Source: a bacterium (GTDB lineage: Bacteria; Patescibacteriota; Minisyncoccia; Moranbacterales; UBA2206). Taken from it: a DNA stretch of 49,443 nt. Positions 48,242 to 49,443 of the stretch are shown here, one piece after another. The notes under the pieces were generated by a model. It made no database searches. It was not told the origin of the DNA and saw only the letters and a list, made by a program, of their open reading frames with translations. The translations under genes were made by a program, and so were the position numbers. Position 1 is the stretch's first letter, and the number at the start of each line of letters is the position of its first letter. The stretch spans positions 1 to 49,443 of the forward strand of contig JAKQLJ010000017.1 in assembly GCA_029567195.1 (NCBI GenBank). The letters are read 5' to 3'.

Positions 48242-49443
48242 GTGAAAATAAATTTTCAAAATAAAATAATCACATTTATTTTCGCCCTGGTGGTGGCGCT
48301 TGAAGGTGCCAGCTTGCTTTTTGATTTTTCTCTGGCGCAAATTGTTCCCCTGGCCACTCCGAGAAAAATTGATATTTCCGCTCACATCATCAATAACGAA
48401 AACAGGGAAATCAGTAATGGGGAATATGAAATTCGTTTTGCTGTTTATAGCATCAACCGAGAAACAGTCGATCCGTATCCGTCAAACACCGATGCCCGCC
48501 TTTGGGAAGAAACCCAGACTGTGTTCATAAAAGACGGAATCCTGAGAGCATATCTTGGAACGGTTTCTCCTCTTCCCACTGGTTTGAATTTTTCCAGCGG
48601 AGAATATTATTTGGGAATCAGAATCGGCCAAGACAGCGAGATGGTGCCAAGAAAAAAAATCGGCGCTGTTCCCTTGGCGATTGACGCCCTGAGCATTGGC
48701 GGAGCGACAGTGGGAACGGCGGAAGGAAATCTGATAAAACTGGGCACCGGAGGCAAGGTGGACATCTCCATGTTGCCCACCGGAAAATCCGGAAAAAAAT
48801 TAGTTTTGGCCAATGATCCGCGGCTGGAAGAAAGCGAAGCAGAAATAGAAATTTCCGGAAGCTACAGCTACATTGACGCTTCCGGATCAGAATTGACACT
48901 GAATGCGATTAACCTAACCAGCGATGTGACTGGAATTTTAGGAATAGCCAATGGCGGAACGGGACTGAGTTCATATGCCGCCGGAGATATGACATATTAT
49001 TCTTCCGGAAATTCTTTTTCTAAAATTTCTATCGGAAACGTCGGAGAAGTTTTAACTATTGTTGGCGGTGTTCCTTCCTGGCAACCGTCAACTTCCGGAA
49101 TTTCCGGAACAGGAGTAGTCGGCCATATAACTTATTGGAGCGGAACTTCCGCTATAACTTATGATTCTAACGGCAGTTTTTATTGGGACTCAACCAATAA
49201 TCGTTTAGGCATCGGCACCACCAACCCAGTTCAAAAATTGGATGTTTCAGGAAAAATCGCCCTAAACGGCACAACAGTAGCTTATCTTCCAACCAATGTG
49301 ACAGGAACGCTGGTTTTGGGAAACGGCGGAACAAACTTATTAAGCGGGGCTAATTACAATACTTTTGTGGGACTAAATTCTGGAAGCGCCAACACCACCG
49401 GAAACAATAATATTGCTGTTGGCTATAATTCTCTTTATTCCAA
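48242..49443 (+). CDS. Large secreted surface/fiber-like protein, truncated by the window end
   Basis: GTG start, signal peptide, GEYEIRFAVY..WEETQ..YLGIRIG.D.EMVPR N-domain, then Gly/Thr-rich repeats (NGGTG; RLGIGTTNP); reads as open to the window end. Confidence 0.8.
   Translation, partial: MKINFQNKIITFIFALVVALEGASLLFDFSLAQIVPLATPRKIDISAHIINNENREISNGEYEIRFAVYSINRETVDPYPSNTDARLWEETQTVFIKDGILRAYLGTVSPLPTGLNFSSGEYYLGIRIGQDSEMVPRKKIGAVPLAIDALSIGGATVGTAEGNLIKLGTGGKVDISMLPTGKSGKKLVLANDPRLEESEAEIEISGSYSYIDASGSELTLNAINLTSDVTGILGIANGGTGLSSYAAGDMTYYSSGNSFSKISIGNVGEVLTIVGGVPSWQPSTSGISGTGVVGHITYWSGTSAITYDSNGSFYWDSTNNRLGIGTTNPVQKLDVSGKIALNGTTVAYLPTNVTGTLVLGNGGTNLLSGANYNTFVGLNSGSANTTGNNNIAVGYNSLYS

Overview
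AT-rich bacterial chromosome segment in genetic code 11. The gene set (CPR-type type IV pilus operon, TrmB-like regulator, tRNA-Arg(GCG), giant surface protein) suggests Patescibacteria/Parcubacteria, possibly Moranbacteria-like; this is inference. Core genes: ECF sigma factor, esterase, GT4 glycosyltransferase, recG, murI, comF, clpC, pilMNO-pilB-response regulator-pilT-pilC-pilins-pilD, ligA, gatCA, gyrB and 8 intact tRNAs. Four accessory signals stand out. (1) At about 15.6-19.36 kb, a single-promoter array in which small ORFs and one structured non-coding unit are separated by 7 full copies (plus 1-2 degenerate ones) of AAAACTTCGC followed by a covarying 16-19 bp hairpin. One cargo ORF resembles Csx16/Csx20-type ring nucleases. 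(2) Recombinase-less mini-islands stacked at the 3' ends of tRNA-Glu (two) and tRNA-Ser (a PabI-type restriction-modification system). Each ends in an att-like site with the same +5 bp motif offset and an antisense peptide remnant. (3) Four pseudo-tRNA copies riddled with short C(T/C)TG+hairpin elements beside intact tRNAs, one bracketing a GIY-YIG gene. (4) Palindromic elements inserted in frame in recG, ligA and GT4. All calls come from reading the sequence; no searches were run.
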